DNA from: the human T2T-CHM13v2.0 reference genome, Homo sapiens
DNA: 64,000 bases
Assembly: GCF_009914755.1 (NCBI RefSeq)
Contig: NC_060941.1
Reading direction: 5' to 3' (one strand)
Part shown: positions 50,426-64,000 of the stretch, in pieces
Layout of the letters: every line of letters starts with the position of its first letter
Position numbering within the stretch: the stretch's first letter is position 1
Translations under genes and position numbers: made by a program
The notes under the pieces: generated by a model
What the model was told of the DNA's origin: nothing
Seen by the model: only the letters and a program-made list of their open reading frames with translations
Databases searched by the model: none

Positions 50426-51574
50426 TGAGGGTCTCAGTCTATCTTGCAGCTCCCCTGGGGCTGGGGCTGAGTACAGTTCTGCTGGCCCTGCTCTACAGCA
50501 CGTGGGGACTCTGCCTGTGTGCCCCCATCTGCTCTTCCTGGGGATGGTGGCTGCTTCCTCAAGAGGAGGGTGGATCTGCTCTCCTGCCCACCCCTCTCCA
50601 GGGCCTTTTGGAGCCCTGGCCACGTCCTCCCCGGGTAAGGGCAGGAAACCGGGCTCCTTGCCCTTCTTGCTGCTTGGGTGACAATCCTGGGGTCATCCAT
50701 AGGCCCCATCACTGTTCCCACTTCTAAATGGAGGGTATTTTGGCACATCTTCCTGGCGGGGTCCGGGGCCTCATCCCTGTTATTTATTCTATCTTGGTAA
50801 AGCCAGGTTAAGACATCTGGGCAAGGAGATAGTAGAGTGGCCCCCAGGAAGGGTGGGTGGAGGGCCTGGCCTTTGGGCTTGCCTGGAGCAGGGTGGGAGG
50901 GGGCAAGGTTACCAGGAAGCAGGGCTGTCAGGGCCAAAATCAGGAGGCGGTGATAATGCTGGTGGGGGGACAGGGCTGTGTGCTTGGCTTGGGGTGGGGC
51001 ATGAGAGCCAAGGTTTGTCAGCACGCAGAGGGGTGGCTGACTCATGGACTAGGGGCTATGGAACCCAATGGCTGCCCTTAGTTCCTGGATCCTGGGAGAC
51101 TTCTGGAGCCTGGGTGTGGGGCAGCCTAGGGGTGGAGGTGGGGCAGACAGGGGTAGGGGTAGGGGTAGGAGAGGAGGACTTGCATGGCAGGGTGCAGGGT
51201 AGGAAACCAGCCAGGGGCCAGTTTGCATTGGCGGCTCCCATCCCCATCCCCACCCCCAAGCCCACCCCTACCCCCACCCTGCTGCAGAGATGGGCCTGGG
51301 CTGCTGTCCTCTGCTTTGGCCTCAGCAGATCACACGATGGAAGCTGGCAGCCCCGTGGGCACCACTCGAGCCAGCTGTGACCTGCAGTTTCTGCTTCCTG
51401 GAGTGTGGGGCGCCCACTCAGGAGAGCACGGCACACCCCACACCCCTCATTTTGAGGATGCTGGGAGGTGGGGACCAAGGTCCTGCAGCCCTCTGCTTGC
51501 GCTATGAAAGGTAGCCTAGGAGTCCTGTGTCCGCCCATCCACGTGGGGCCCCAGGAGCCTGAACAGTGGCAGGC

Positions 51575-51755
51575 AGAGAGATGAGGAGGGTGAGAGAAGT
51601 GGAAAAGAAGGAGAGAGAAAGAGAGATGGGGAGAAGGGAGTGAGATAGAGAGAGGATGAGAGATAAGGAGAGAGACAGAGGAGGCTGAGAGGAAAAGGAG
51701 CGAGAGAGACAGGCAGAGAGACACAAAAGGCAAAGAGAGAGACAGGGAGAGACGA
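51575..51755 (+). repeat. GA-rich low-complexity tract
   Basis: (GA)/(GGA)-rich purine run. Confidence 0.8.
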
Positions 51756-52266
51756 GCATGAGTAGGAGGTCGGGTCACTCTCGATCCCAGTCCCCAGTGA
51801 AAACCGTAGGTCGCCATCACCTAACTACGCGTGCAATAAAGTCTTCTGCCTGCTGCTTACAGCCCGAGAACCCTTTTCCGAGAGAATAAAATCTTTGACC
51901 GTTGCCCTTTCTCGCCGGAGTTTGCTCGTGTCTTCTGATGAACTGTGATGTCTCACCTATCGCCTTCCTGGGCTCAAGGATCCACGAAAAGCCGACGACT
52001 CTTTTGGGGAGGCTCTGCAGTGCCTTCATCTCACTAGGCTCCCCAGGAAGCTTGCGAACTTGGCTTGAGCCCTAAGCAGCCGAGTATGTGCCGGGCCTCT
52101 GCTTCTCTCTTTCAGTAAGAGGGAGAACCAAGAAAGAGGCTGAAGCATGGTCTGCAGAGAAGGCACTTGTGCAAACACCAGGAGAATGAGGGGCCTGAGT
52201 TGTCTTCATTTCTCCTAAAAACACGCATTTCCTCCCAGGCCACCCTAGTGAGGGCATGAAGCACAG

Positions 52267-52463
52267 CGTGTGTGTGTGTGTGTGTGTGTTTGCAGGAATA
52301 TGCATGTGTGTGTGCATGTGTGTGTGTGCAGGTATATACATGTGAATGTATTTATGTATGTGCATCTGTGTGCATGTGTGTGCGTGTGTGTGCAAGTATA
52401 TGCATGTGTATGTATGTGCATGTGTGCGCGTGTGTGTGTGTGTGTGTGCGTGTATGTGTGTGT
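52267..52463 (+). repeat. (TG)n / TG-rich simple repeat
   Basis: Direct reading. Confidence 0.9.
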
Positions 52464-52661
52464 TGCAGGGCTTTACAGTGGACAGGATGTGGGAGGGCAG
52501 CTGCAGCTCCAAGCTGCAAGTCTTTCTGATAGAATGGTTAAGATTCCCTGGACCACAGAAAGAGTGTTTTCATTTGCACCTATTTTTATTAGCATTTAAA
52601 GCTGTATTCTTCGTAGCATGTGAAGCTTAAGTTGCTTAACTATTCTTAGAAACATTTACAC

Positions 52662-53158
52662 CAGCGGTCCCCAAACTTTTTGGCACCAGAGAGCAGTTTT
52701 CTTGAAGACAACTCTTCCACGGACCTGGGAGAAGGGGAAGGGATGGTGCAGAGATGATTCGAGCCCATTACATTTATTGTGTGCTTTATTTCTATGATTA
52801 TTTCACTGTAATATATAATGAAATAATTACACAACTCACCATAACATAGAATCAGTGGGAGCCCTGAGCTTGTTTTCCTGTAATTACGTGGTCCCACTTG
52901 GGGGTGATGGGAGACAGTCAGAGATCATCAGGCATTAGGTTCTCATAAGGAGCACGCAATCTAGATCCCTGGCATGCGCAGTTCACAGTAGGGTTCATGC
53001 TCCTATGAGAATCTAATGGCACCACTCATCTGACAGGTGGCAGGGCTCATGCAGTAATGTGAGGGATGGGAAGTGGCTGTTTCTACAGATGAAGCTTTGC
53101 TCACTGGCTGGCTGCTCACCTCCTGCTGTGTTGCCTGGTTCCTAACAGGTGGGGATCC
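52662..53158. mobile_element. MER1A-like hAT-Charlie element
   Basis: cagcggtccccaaactttttggcaccag...ctcaccataacatagaatcagtgggagccctgagcttg...ttcctaacagg. Confidence 0.8.
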
Positions 53159-53339
53159 GATTTACCCAGCAAGATAAATATATTATTATGTCAATTTAAA
53201 TTATTCACCTTGAACCACCCAAAATTACCTTGCATACCTCACCCACCCAAGGGTCCCGTAGCACACTTTGGGAGCTGCAGACAGTAAACCTGGAGCTCCA
53301 TAGAGCATTCCATCTCTCCACCATCTGTGGGCTAACAGG

Positions 53340-53550
53340 CTGTGTTAGTTTCCTAGGGCTGTTTTACAGTACCACAGACTGGGCACCTTCAACAACAGAA
53401 TGTTACTGTCTCGCAGTACTGGAGGCCATGAGTCCAAGATCAAGGTGTCAGCAGGGTGGGTCCCTTCTGAGGCTGTGCAGGAAGGCTCTGTTCCAGGCCT
53501 GTCTCCTCATGCGTGGGTGGACATCTTCTCCCTGTGACTCTTCATTAAGG
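53340..53550. mobile_element. MLT1 LTR fragment
   Basis: tgtgttagtttcctagggctg...ctggaggccatgagtccaagatcaaggtgtcagcaggg. Confidence 0.7.
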
Positions 53551-54479
53551 GTGATTCTGGTGAGGGCTCCAAAGAGGAGACTTGGACAGAATGTTGGTAG
53601 ATAAATGTGTCAGTGGAAACCAGAGGGTAGACAGGACTCCATCCATGCCCAGGGCTTTCTGGGGACAGACCTGTCCAAGCAGCAACCATTCCCAACCGAG
53701 TTCTGTTTCTGGAAAGCCAGGCAACAGGTGGGGCTGGGCCCTCTGGGATTTGTTTAGTGACCCGATTATGTGGGAGGCCTGCAGTGGGTGGTTGGGTGGG
53801 GGGTGGTACCAATGCCATCATGCCCAACCTCATTGCATCACTCACTTCCCAGGCCCTGCCCTCAACCCCTCCTGACCAGGCCCTGTCCTGGTTCTCAGCC
53901 ACCTTGTCCCAGTGGGTGCTTCAGCCCACTCACTGACCAAGTGAGGGACTGACTCCAGGTTACAAAGTGCTGTGTTCATGTGACCTGAGAATACGTGTGC
54001 GCAGAGTGTGCCCACAGTGTCCTTGTAAAGTTGAGCATGTACATGTCCTGCCAGTGTGTAGGCAGCCTGTCCACACATGCCTAGGAGTGTGACTCCATGT
54101 CCTGGTAGATGGGGAAGGAGAGAGGGAGTTGTGCCCAGGGTCCCCCGATTACTTCTATGGGTGCATGTTTGTGCTTCTTGTTAGGGGTGCTTGGGGAAGA
54201 TTCTGCCCTGGGTGCCCTGGATCACCTGTGTGTGTGTGTGTGCACGCGGGGACGCGCACGTGCATTAGGGGGTGTACTGTGTTACAGCATCCTCAACCAA
54301 CTCTGTATGTGTGCATATGTTTGTGTGTGTGTGTCCTACAGGTGTGAGCGAGTGGATGCTTCCACTACGTGTCTGCACATGTGTGTGTGCACTTGCATTG
54401 TCCTTGCACACCTGCGTGTGTCCCGTGAGAGCGGAGCCCAGCATGTGCTGGCACCTGCAGGAACATGTGAGTGTGCGTT

Positions 54480-55600
54480 CTGTGGGTCCCTGTCCTGATG
54501 GCTCTCCACTTGTCCCGAGTGTCACGACGACGAGGATGGGGACCATATCTTCGGAGCCTGAGGATCCAACACAGGTCCAGCCCTGTGCAGCCGCCCGCCA
54601 AGCCGCCAGAGGACGAGCCGGACGCCGAAGGCTACGAGTGGACGATTGCAGTTAGTTTCCAACTCGCCGACTTCGCGCCCCTCCACTGGCTCCGGCTTGA
54701 TGGTCCCGGCTTCGGGGTGCTCTCGGTCCCTCCCCATCGCGTCGTCGCTTTCTCCCTTGGCATAACCCCCAGCCGCGGGGCCGCAGACCCTAAGAGCTCC
54801 ATGAGCTCTCCGCGCCCTGCCCACCGGCCCCGGCCCCGACCCCTCCCCAGACCGGACCAGAGAGGTGGGAAGTTTGGGGGCACCCGCTGTGGGTGTCCCG
54901 TTTCCGGGGCTGGGCTCCGGGGAGCCGGCGCGGCGCCCGCTCCCTGCCCGCCAGCCCTTTGGGAGCTCAGGCGCGGGCAGCCGCTTGTGTTCCTGGGAAG
55001 GGCGGAGCTGCGTCCCGGGGAGACACGCCTTGCAGCCGGCAGCCTAGTCGCTCCCCGCTGGCCGGCCGCTCCGTGAGGGCCCCGCAGCGGAGGGTCGGGG
55101 CTGGGGCGGGCTGGAGAGGGGGCCCCGGGCTGGGGCCGGTTCGGCCTCCCGGGTGGCGCGCGGGCCGAAGAACTAGGAGGACCGCCGGGCCGGGCCGCTT
55201 GTCCTTTGGAAAAACCTTGGCGGTTCCTCCTCTGGTGTCCGTGGACCCCGCCGTGGCGTTCTCCAGGGCCGCGGACCTTTGCCCACCGGTCGCGCCAGCT
55301 GTCCTGGAGCAGAAAGGACCCCCCTCCTCCCGGACTGAGCCCCGAGCCCCGAGCCCCATGGAGCAGGCAAGCGCCGGAGTCCCGAGGCTAAGGCCCGGCC
55401 GGCGGGCGCTCTGGCACCTTTTCCCGCCCCCGAGGGTGCCTGTCCGGCCCGGCCGGGACTGGCTGGGAAACCGAGGCCGGAAGAGGTCGCAGTCCAGCAA
55501 GGAATCGGTTTGTGTGGGGTGGGGGTGGGATGGGAGACCCCTCCCCAACCCCACCAGCCCCAGCCCAGCTGTGGCCCCCGCCGTGTCACTCAGAAAACCA
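54480..55600. promoter_or_regulatory. CpG island
   Basis: Very GC-rich with dense CpG and GC boxes (GGGCGG at about 55000 and 55105). Confidence 0.8.
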
Positions 55601-56264
55601 GCGTCAAACCCCAGCCCTGCCTGGGATGTGGACCTTGCCTGGGGAGAGTCCCGTTCAGGCTTTTCCAGGGCCTCTCCCCTGAGCAACAGGGGTGTCTGCG
55701 CTGGGCCTGGGCACTCACCAGGGCCTGCAGGCTGCCAGTCTGGAGTTTCCCTAGCATCAAATGTGCCACCGGAAGCTGAAGGTGGGGATGACCAGTGCCC
55801 CCCGGAGCGAAGACCCCCCCATCTCTCCAGGATTGGGGGTCTGCTTAGGGGTCCACTTAGGGGTGTATCCCTCAGGCATTGGAAGTGCAGATGGGAGGCC
55901 CTGAGCCATGGTGGCTCCCCCAGTCCCCAGTTCTTTCTCTGTGTAAATCCAGCTTTGCAGGGACGGGGATGTGGTGCATTTCCCGGAAGAGCCGGGGTCC
56001 TGGGGCGTGGGGAGCTGGGGCTGGGTCGTGGGGAGCTGGGACTGGGGTGTGGGGAGGGGCCCAGGGTGAGCAAGCTGAAGCAGGACTGGCACAGGCCTCT
56101 GGAGGGCCTGGGGGAGGCTGGACGCCCCGGGGTGCACCCTTGCTTGTGCACTCTTCTAAGGGTCAGTCTCAGTTTGCCCATCTGTAAATAGGGTTGATTG
56201 TCCCTGCCCTACGTGGCTGTTGTGAGCATTCAATGAGCACTACCAGTCCTGGGAGACTCTTGGT

Positions 56265-56520
56265 GTTTTTTATTGTGCTAAAATACACAAATATAAATTT
56301 CCCATTTCAACCATTTCTTTTTGCTCCTTCACTCCCCACCCACCCACCCATTTTTACCGTATAGTTCAGTCGTGCTCAGTACCTTCTACCTTCACGCTGT
56401 GTGCAACCCATCTCCAGAAGCCTCTTCATCCTGCAAAATTGAAACTGGACCCATTAAACAACACCTCCCCATTCCTCCTCCCCCGGCCCCTGGCAACTGC
56501 CATTCTGCTTCTTTCTCCAC
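56265..56520 (-). mobile_element. L1M 3' fragment
   Basis: ttttattgtgctaaaatacac...ccatctccagaa...cccctggcaactgccattctgctt. Confidence 0.65.
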
Positions 56521-56546
56521 ATATGGAATATATTCTATATACCTAG

Positions 56547-57088
<542 letters not shown>

Positions 57089-57374
57089 TGAAATAGATTC
57101 CTAGAAATAAGATAGACTGAAGAGTATGTAAATTTTAAATTTTTTTACAGACTGTGTCATTGCTTTTTAAAAATGCTGATTACCAAAATGTCACTTTTTG
57201 ATACTAAAAAATAGATTGTTTTAAACACACAAAGTAAGTAGGGCTTATCAAAAAGTTAATATATTTTGCATTTCTCACAAGTGTGTTGAATTTCTCCCCC
57301 TTGCATTGTACAGCAGGAATCCTGACTCAGTCTAACTTTCTTATACTTAAAAAAGTATATACTAAAACATAGGC

Positions 57375-57592
57375 CAGGAGTTAGCAAACGTTTTCTATAA
57401 AAGACCAGATAGTAAATATTGTTCTTTGTGGGCTATATAATCTCTGTTGCAACAATGTGACTCCACCTTTGTCTTGGAAAGCTGGGATAGATAATATATA
57501 AAAGAGTGGGAGTGGCTGTGTTTCAACAAAACTTTGTTTACAAAACAGGGGTCATACTAGATTTGTTCTGAGGACCATAGTTTCTTAACCTC
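57375..57592. mobile_element. MER58A-like element
   Basis: caggagttagcaaacgttttctataaaagaccagatagtaaatatt. Confidence 0.7.
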
Positions 57593-57781
57593 AGTCTAGG
57601 CAATCCATCAAGTAATTCTGCATTCACGATAGAATTCTTATTGTATATATTGGCTGACTGTCTTTCCTTTCTCTAATGTTAACCACTGATTTTGTGGAGC
57701 ATGGATTCTAGGGAAATAATACCCAGGTAAGATGTCTATTACCATGTGTGTCTTATTTTTGAAAGAGTGGTTAAATTCTTA

Positions 57782-58574
<793 letters not shown>

Positions 58575-61500
58575 TTAACTCTCTGAGCCAACATTTCCTC
58601 TTCTGTTAAATGGGAATATTAATAATACTTAGCCCTTGGAGACACTGTTAGAATTTGAAGCACAATGAATAATTTTTAAGAGAGCTTGACTCATGAGAAA
58701 AATAAGCTTAAATGCATGAATATATATATCAAGCATGAATTTACCTAGTGCATATGCATTATACACTGGGTGCATAATACTTTATAAAATAATCATTGTT
58801 TTAAAAAATAGAGTTTCATTATTTGGGGAGAGGCATTACCGTCATTTCCTTTCTGCTGACTTCCCCTCTTCAGAGTTTTCTGCTCTTCCCCTCCCATCCC
58901 ACCACCTTGCTTTGTCACAAAACAAAGCCAATAGGATCACCAACAGTTTAAGACTGGTTTACTCAAAACGAATTCATTGTTTTACATAGCTGAACACAGA
59001 AATGATAAATAATGTTCTATAAATATTTGTTGGTTGACAGCTTTGGAACAATGTCCTCTAGAAAAAGCTGAACGTAGCCACCCACCTTGTACGAGAGCCG
59101 CAAAGAATAGCCATGTGCCTGAATATGTGTCAGCCGCTGTGTGACTGGAGGGGCTGAGGAAGGGGCGTAGAGGGTGTTGTGAGGTCCCTTCCGACAAGCA
59201 GTCAAGAACGCATAGAAATACATTACAAAAATTAAATAGATAAGTTGAAATGCATGTTAAGAAGAGCCCCAGAGTGTGGTTGCTTGGGTAGGGGTAGGTT
59301 CAGGAATTGAAGGGACGTCCCTAGGGCCTGGGTCCCTGCCTCCTAATTTGCCACAAATGTAACAGTGTCTTGTTGCTTCCAGGTCACTCAGGGATTCGAC
59401 TCTGAGGTCAGTGATGCACTTGGCACCAGAACTCGATGGGGTTGGCACAGACCTGCCAGCCTCAGCCACTTTCATTCTGGAAGCTGTTAAAAGAGACAGT
59501 TATAAAAATTGAGGAATCAGCAAGAGAATTCCTGGTTCCGTGCTACCTTCTTCTCTCTGTCTTGGCAAGTGTAGGGCCTGTCCACTTGCTCAGGACTCTT
59601 TGTCCAACCTCAGCTCCCTAGACCTTTCATCAGTGGCTCGGGGTCTCTTCAGGCAGCCTCTTCCGGCTAACACTTCCTCCTGTCTTCCCTCTGTCAGGGG
59701 CAGCTCTTCCGTGGTTCCTTGCAGACCCCAGGTCAGGCCAGAAAACACCTCTATGGCCCTTCCCTGTGTCCCACCACCAGATAGGACCTCAAAGGCCTGG
59801 GGTCCCCAGGATGGCCCTCAAACCGACTGGTGCCCTTGCAGGCTGCCACCCTCCAAGTCCTGCTTCTCTCTAGAGATGGGCAGGAGCACCAGCCCTCACC
59901 TGGCACCAGCAGTGAGTCTCATAATTGCCATCTACCATTTTGCTAGGGGGCTTCTGGGGATCCTAGGAAAAGCAGCAGATGCCTGGGTGCTTGGGGACCT
60001 GGGCATTCTGAGGGAAGGAGCAGCGTGACCCTGAGTCATTTTTCACTGGGGACAAATGAGCCAACTCCTTCTACCCAGTGATAAAATCAGAAGGAAGCAG
60101 ATGGAGACAGCACTGTTCAGGGGATGATTTGGGGATGAGAAGAACTGGCAGGAAGTTGGGGATGTGGGGGTGAGAAGAACCAGCAGGAAGTTGGGGATTT
60201 CTTGTTTCCCCACTTTTCCCTTCCATTTCTGTTTGAGCCTTAGGTTTGGCCTCCGTCTCCCTCTGTAGGAATTGCAGCTAATTAAATATTCTGCCTCTTA
60301 TTCCAGCTTTACTGGTGGAACATAATATGGTCTAAGAAGAGATTTTTGCAGCAAGAGGCCATCTCTGCAAATCACCTGTGAGGCAGACCTGTGGCAATTT
60401 TATGACTCAGCTGGCCACCGGGATTGTAGCTGGGTTCTGCCGCTTGTTGAAACCTACTCAGTGTTCTCCTTCCCTAAGTAGGACAAGACCATATCCTGCC
60501 TTTAAGATTTATAGAATAAAAACTGAAAACTCTTTGGGGAAGAAAATCTTCCCGAACAGATAGCCCAGGGCATTTTGAAAATCCCTTAGGAAGTTCTCTG
60601 TTTCACTTGGGTACCTTTGTCCTTGGACTTTGGTGATGTGGTTTGACCCCAGCTAGAGAGTGAGGGGAACAACAGCAAAAGGCAGGACAAAGACTGACTC
60701 GTGAGAGGAGGCCCAGGAACAGGGGGGCCATTGTGAATGAGGAGGACGTGGGGGCCCAAGAAAGTGAGCTCTTGCGCACTCAGTCACCAGCCCCCTTCTG
60801 GGGTCCAAGCTGTGTCCCCTTCTCTAAAGAGGTAAGCCCTGAGTCATGGGAAGATGGAAACCGGGGCTGATGAGACAGGATGTTTTTTAAGCACCGTGGT
60901 GTCTTGTTGACTTGCACATGCACGGGGGTCTTGGGTAACCACAGGGCTCAGGGTATTTGCAGGAACAGTTCAAGTGCTCACTTGTCTTGGGGCTGTTTAT
61001 GGGGAAGTGGTTTCCACAGTGAGAGGACGTGAGATATTGTTGTCACCCCGGACCACACTTAGCTAGTTCCTTCTCACTAAAGCTCTGTAGTCATATTTTC
61101 CCTGGCAGAGCAGAAACTTCTATGTTATCCCACAGCTGTTCTAACGGTGTAGACTTGACTTATGCAATGATGCCAGGAGTCCTGAGCAGCACAGCCCAAC
61201 TTCAATCACACACAGATGGACAGAGCTGTATTAGCAAAGCCTGAGCTACTGAGCGATGAGAGTACAGCCAGGCTTTCAGACATCTGTTCATTCAAGAGAG
61301 ATATGCGCTAAGCCAAGGACCTAAAGATGTGTTTAATATGGGTGCTAATATGCATAAGGAACCTTGAAATAAATGTTCTTAGCCTTTGGCCAAGAGGGTC
61401 CATGTCTAGGAATCTATTCTCCATAGAAATAAATTCAAATATGGAAAAAATGAACAATGCATAAGTGTATTTGGTCCCCAGCATATTTATAGCCACTTAA

Positions 61501-63213
61501 AATTGGACCCAATTTAAATGCCTATGATATGGAAATGGCTAAGAAAATTATGGGCTCTTCCCTTAATTGGCTATTAGGCAGCCTTTACAAACAATGCAGT
61601 GACATGAGAAATGCTTATGTTATGGTAAGTTTAAAAAACTCAAGATGCAAATCAGCTTATTTTAATCAGGAGCCACCTAGCATTTGGGATGTGGTCAATC
61701 CCACATAATGTATTTTTGTGGGTGCAGTTCCCAGGAAAGAAGAGGAATAAAAACGGCAAGTATGAAGTGTCTCCTTCGCTTGCAGTCTCCTTGTCTACCC
61801 CTTTGTCCATCCACTATGAAAGGACTCCCTTCTGTTCCTTAATATGGACAATTTCTATTGAGGACTCATTGTTCTAAGAATTGTCTCATCTCCTCCTGCA
61901 TCCTCAGTGCCCGATCTTTGGCTTCTATGAAGGAAGGTGGGTAGTGCGTATGGCAGGTCCAGTTCTACCTTTCTTAGTATGTTCTGGCGTGGGTATGTAG
62001 CCCCATTTTCTAGTGGTTACCTTGACATCATGAAGAGTTTATGTCTCTTTTGCCCTAGGTTTGGGCAATAGTCATTCACTGTGCAACAGGAAATACACGA
62101 GTCAGCATCTTATTAAAAATAAAGTCATTCAGGAAAGTGGACGACAGTTTCTAATCTAGAGAGCATAGGAGAAGAAATGTTTACCACACACAAAGTATTA
62201 GTGCCTTTTATATCACGAAGACAAAAATAACAGGAAAAAGACAAACACATTATAGTGAAAACTTGTTTTTCCTAACCAGCATCTATTCTGCATGTTTCCT
62301 GATGCCCGAAACTCACATTTCCTCAGGAAAATCTCCCTTCTGCACCATTCTCAGGCTTTAAGTTTATGTAAAATTCAGTAAACCCAAAGATTCAAGTTAT
62401 GTGCCTTGATTAACTTAAGCAAATCAATGAAACCCATCCCCATAACCACAGCGACAGGTTAGGAAATTCGGTTCCTAAGTCAGTCACATCCGAAAGGGCC
62501 TAGTGATGTTTTTTTCCAGTGGGATCACAGACTCACTCTTCCTTGCAGAAAATGAACAAAGGATTCATGTAACACTGGCAGGTACTGGCAGCCACCCAGG
62601 GCCTCTCACAGGAAAGGGAGATCAGAAAGAGAAGCAAAGAGGACTCATGAGATACCATAGGGCTGCTGCGTCCAGCCTTGCCTGGAGCTAGGGCCACCTC
62701 GATGCCCTATAGTCTTGGAGCCACAACGTGCATTTACTCAAAGCCTCTTTGAGTTTGGTTTGCTTGTTTGCTTTCTGCCTGGAAACTGCCAGCATCCTGA
62801 GAGATACGAGATCTGCATCTGTGCAGAGACACAGGGTTTGTTAAAAGTCACAGGCCCTGACTGAAGTGTGGAACTGGCTGAAATGAGAAAGTGGTAATTT
62901 GGGGAGGACCTTGTGAAATGGAAGGAGTTTTAAACCTTACATGCATCAGAATTACCTGGAGCCTTGTGAAAACACAGGTTGCTGGGCCCTAGTCCATTAA
63001 GAAAGGAAGTGGGGCTTAGAATGTTCATTTCTCCCATGTTCCCAGGTGATATTCACCATGCTGTCCTGTCTGGGCACTACCTTTTGCCATACCCATTACA
63101 AGGTATTGCACGTGCTGGTTGAACTATGGTCTGTCTTATTTTGGTGCTAAAAGCCTGTGCCAAATACCAACGCTGCAGCATTAAGGAATGTGATAGAAAA
63201 GATTCTGAATATA

Positions 63214-63553
<340 letters not shown>

Positions 63554-63894
63554 TTACATCAGTAAGGTCCTTTAAGAAAGAGTTTAGGCTGCTTTGAAAT
63601 GGGCTCATCTGAAATTGAAAAAGGAAGAAATTGAACTTGCTAAAAAAGGCCCTTCCAACTTATTGACTGAGAACCCAGTAATCTGGAGACTTGAAGGGCT
63701 GTAATGGCAGAATTTTCTACTCTAAGATAAAGTTAGCATGAGCAGAGACAGGAAGATGAGAGACCTAATGAGGCCAAGGGTCAAACATTCATCACCTCCA
63801 CATGGGCCAAGATGCAGGCAGAGGTCTCTCACCAGGGACTTGGTGGTAGAGGTGACACTGGTAGTGAGGTCTGTGCTAGAAAGTGCACATCCCT

Positions 63895-64000
63895 GGCTGG
63901 GCGCGGTGGCTCACACCTGTAATCCCAGCACTTTGGGAGGCTGAGGCAGGTGGATCACGAGGTCATGAGTTCAAGACCAGCCTGGCCAACATAGTGAAAC
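63895..64000 (+). mobile_element. Alu (cut by window end)
   Basis: ggctgggcgcggtggctcacacctgtaatcccagc. Confidence 0.9.

Noticed and set aside
52072-52630. Cys/His/Thr/Val-rich ORFs (also 54109-54655)
   Set aside because: Translations of (TG)n microsatellites.
54893-56191. Long ORFs on both strands (432 aa +, 404 aa -)
   Set aside because: Expected stop-codon depletion in a GC-rich CpG island; low-complexity P/G/R/A content, non-ATG starts and no recognisable domain.

Overview
Primate, most likely human, genomic DNA with no prokaryotic features. The only intact protein-coding gene I can support is a full-length TBC1D3-family paralog on the minus strand. It has a 5'UTR exon at about 48352-48500, 13 coding exons from 46922 to 37887 totalling 1650 nt (549 aa, all introns GT-AG), and a polyA signal at 37590-37595. 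By inference this fits a 17q12 TBC1D3/CCL3L-CCL4L segmental-duplication cluster, but the exact paralog cannot be assigned from the sequence alone. Just 3' of TBC1D3 (33.5-35.8 kb) lie scrambled NOS2 pseudogene exons, including a 256-bp inverted repeat whose arms are about 95% identical. The least obvious signal is a decayed tandem array at about 19.4-29.9 kb: at least three small secreted-peptide genes with a 6-cysteine WAP (WFDC21/Wdnm1-like) pattern, still showing a signal-peptide exon, a WAP exon and a polyA exon. A WFDC18-like exon-1 remnant may sit at the left edge. The rest is mostly interspersed repeats (near full-length Tigger1, an LTR5/HERV-K solo LTR, MaLR/ERVL, L1, MER elements, many Alus) plus a CpG island at 54.5-55.6 kb. 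Repeat family names and reference-protein comparisons come from recall of consensus sequences, not from database searches, and repeat boundaries are approximate.
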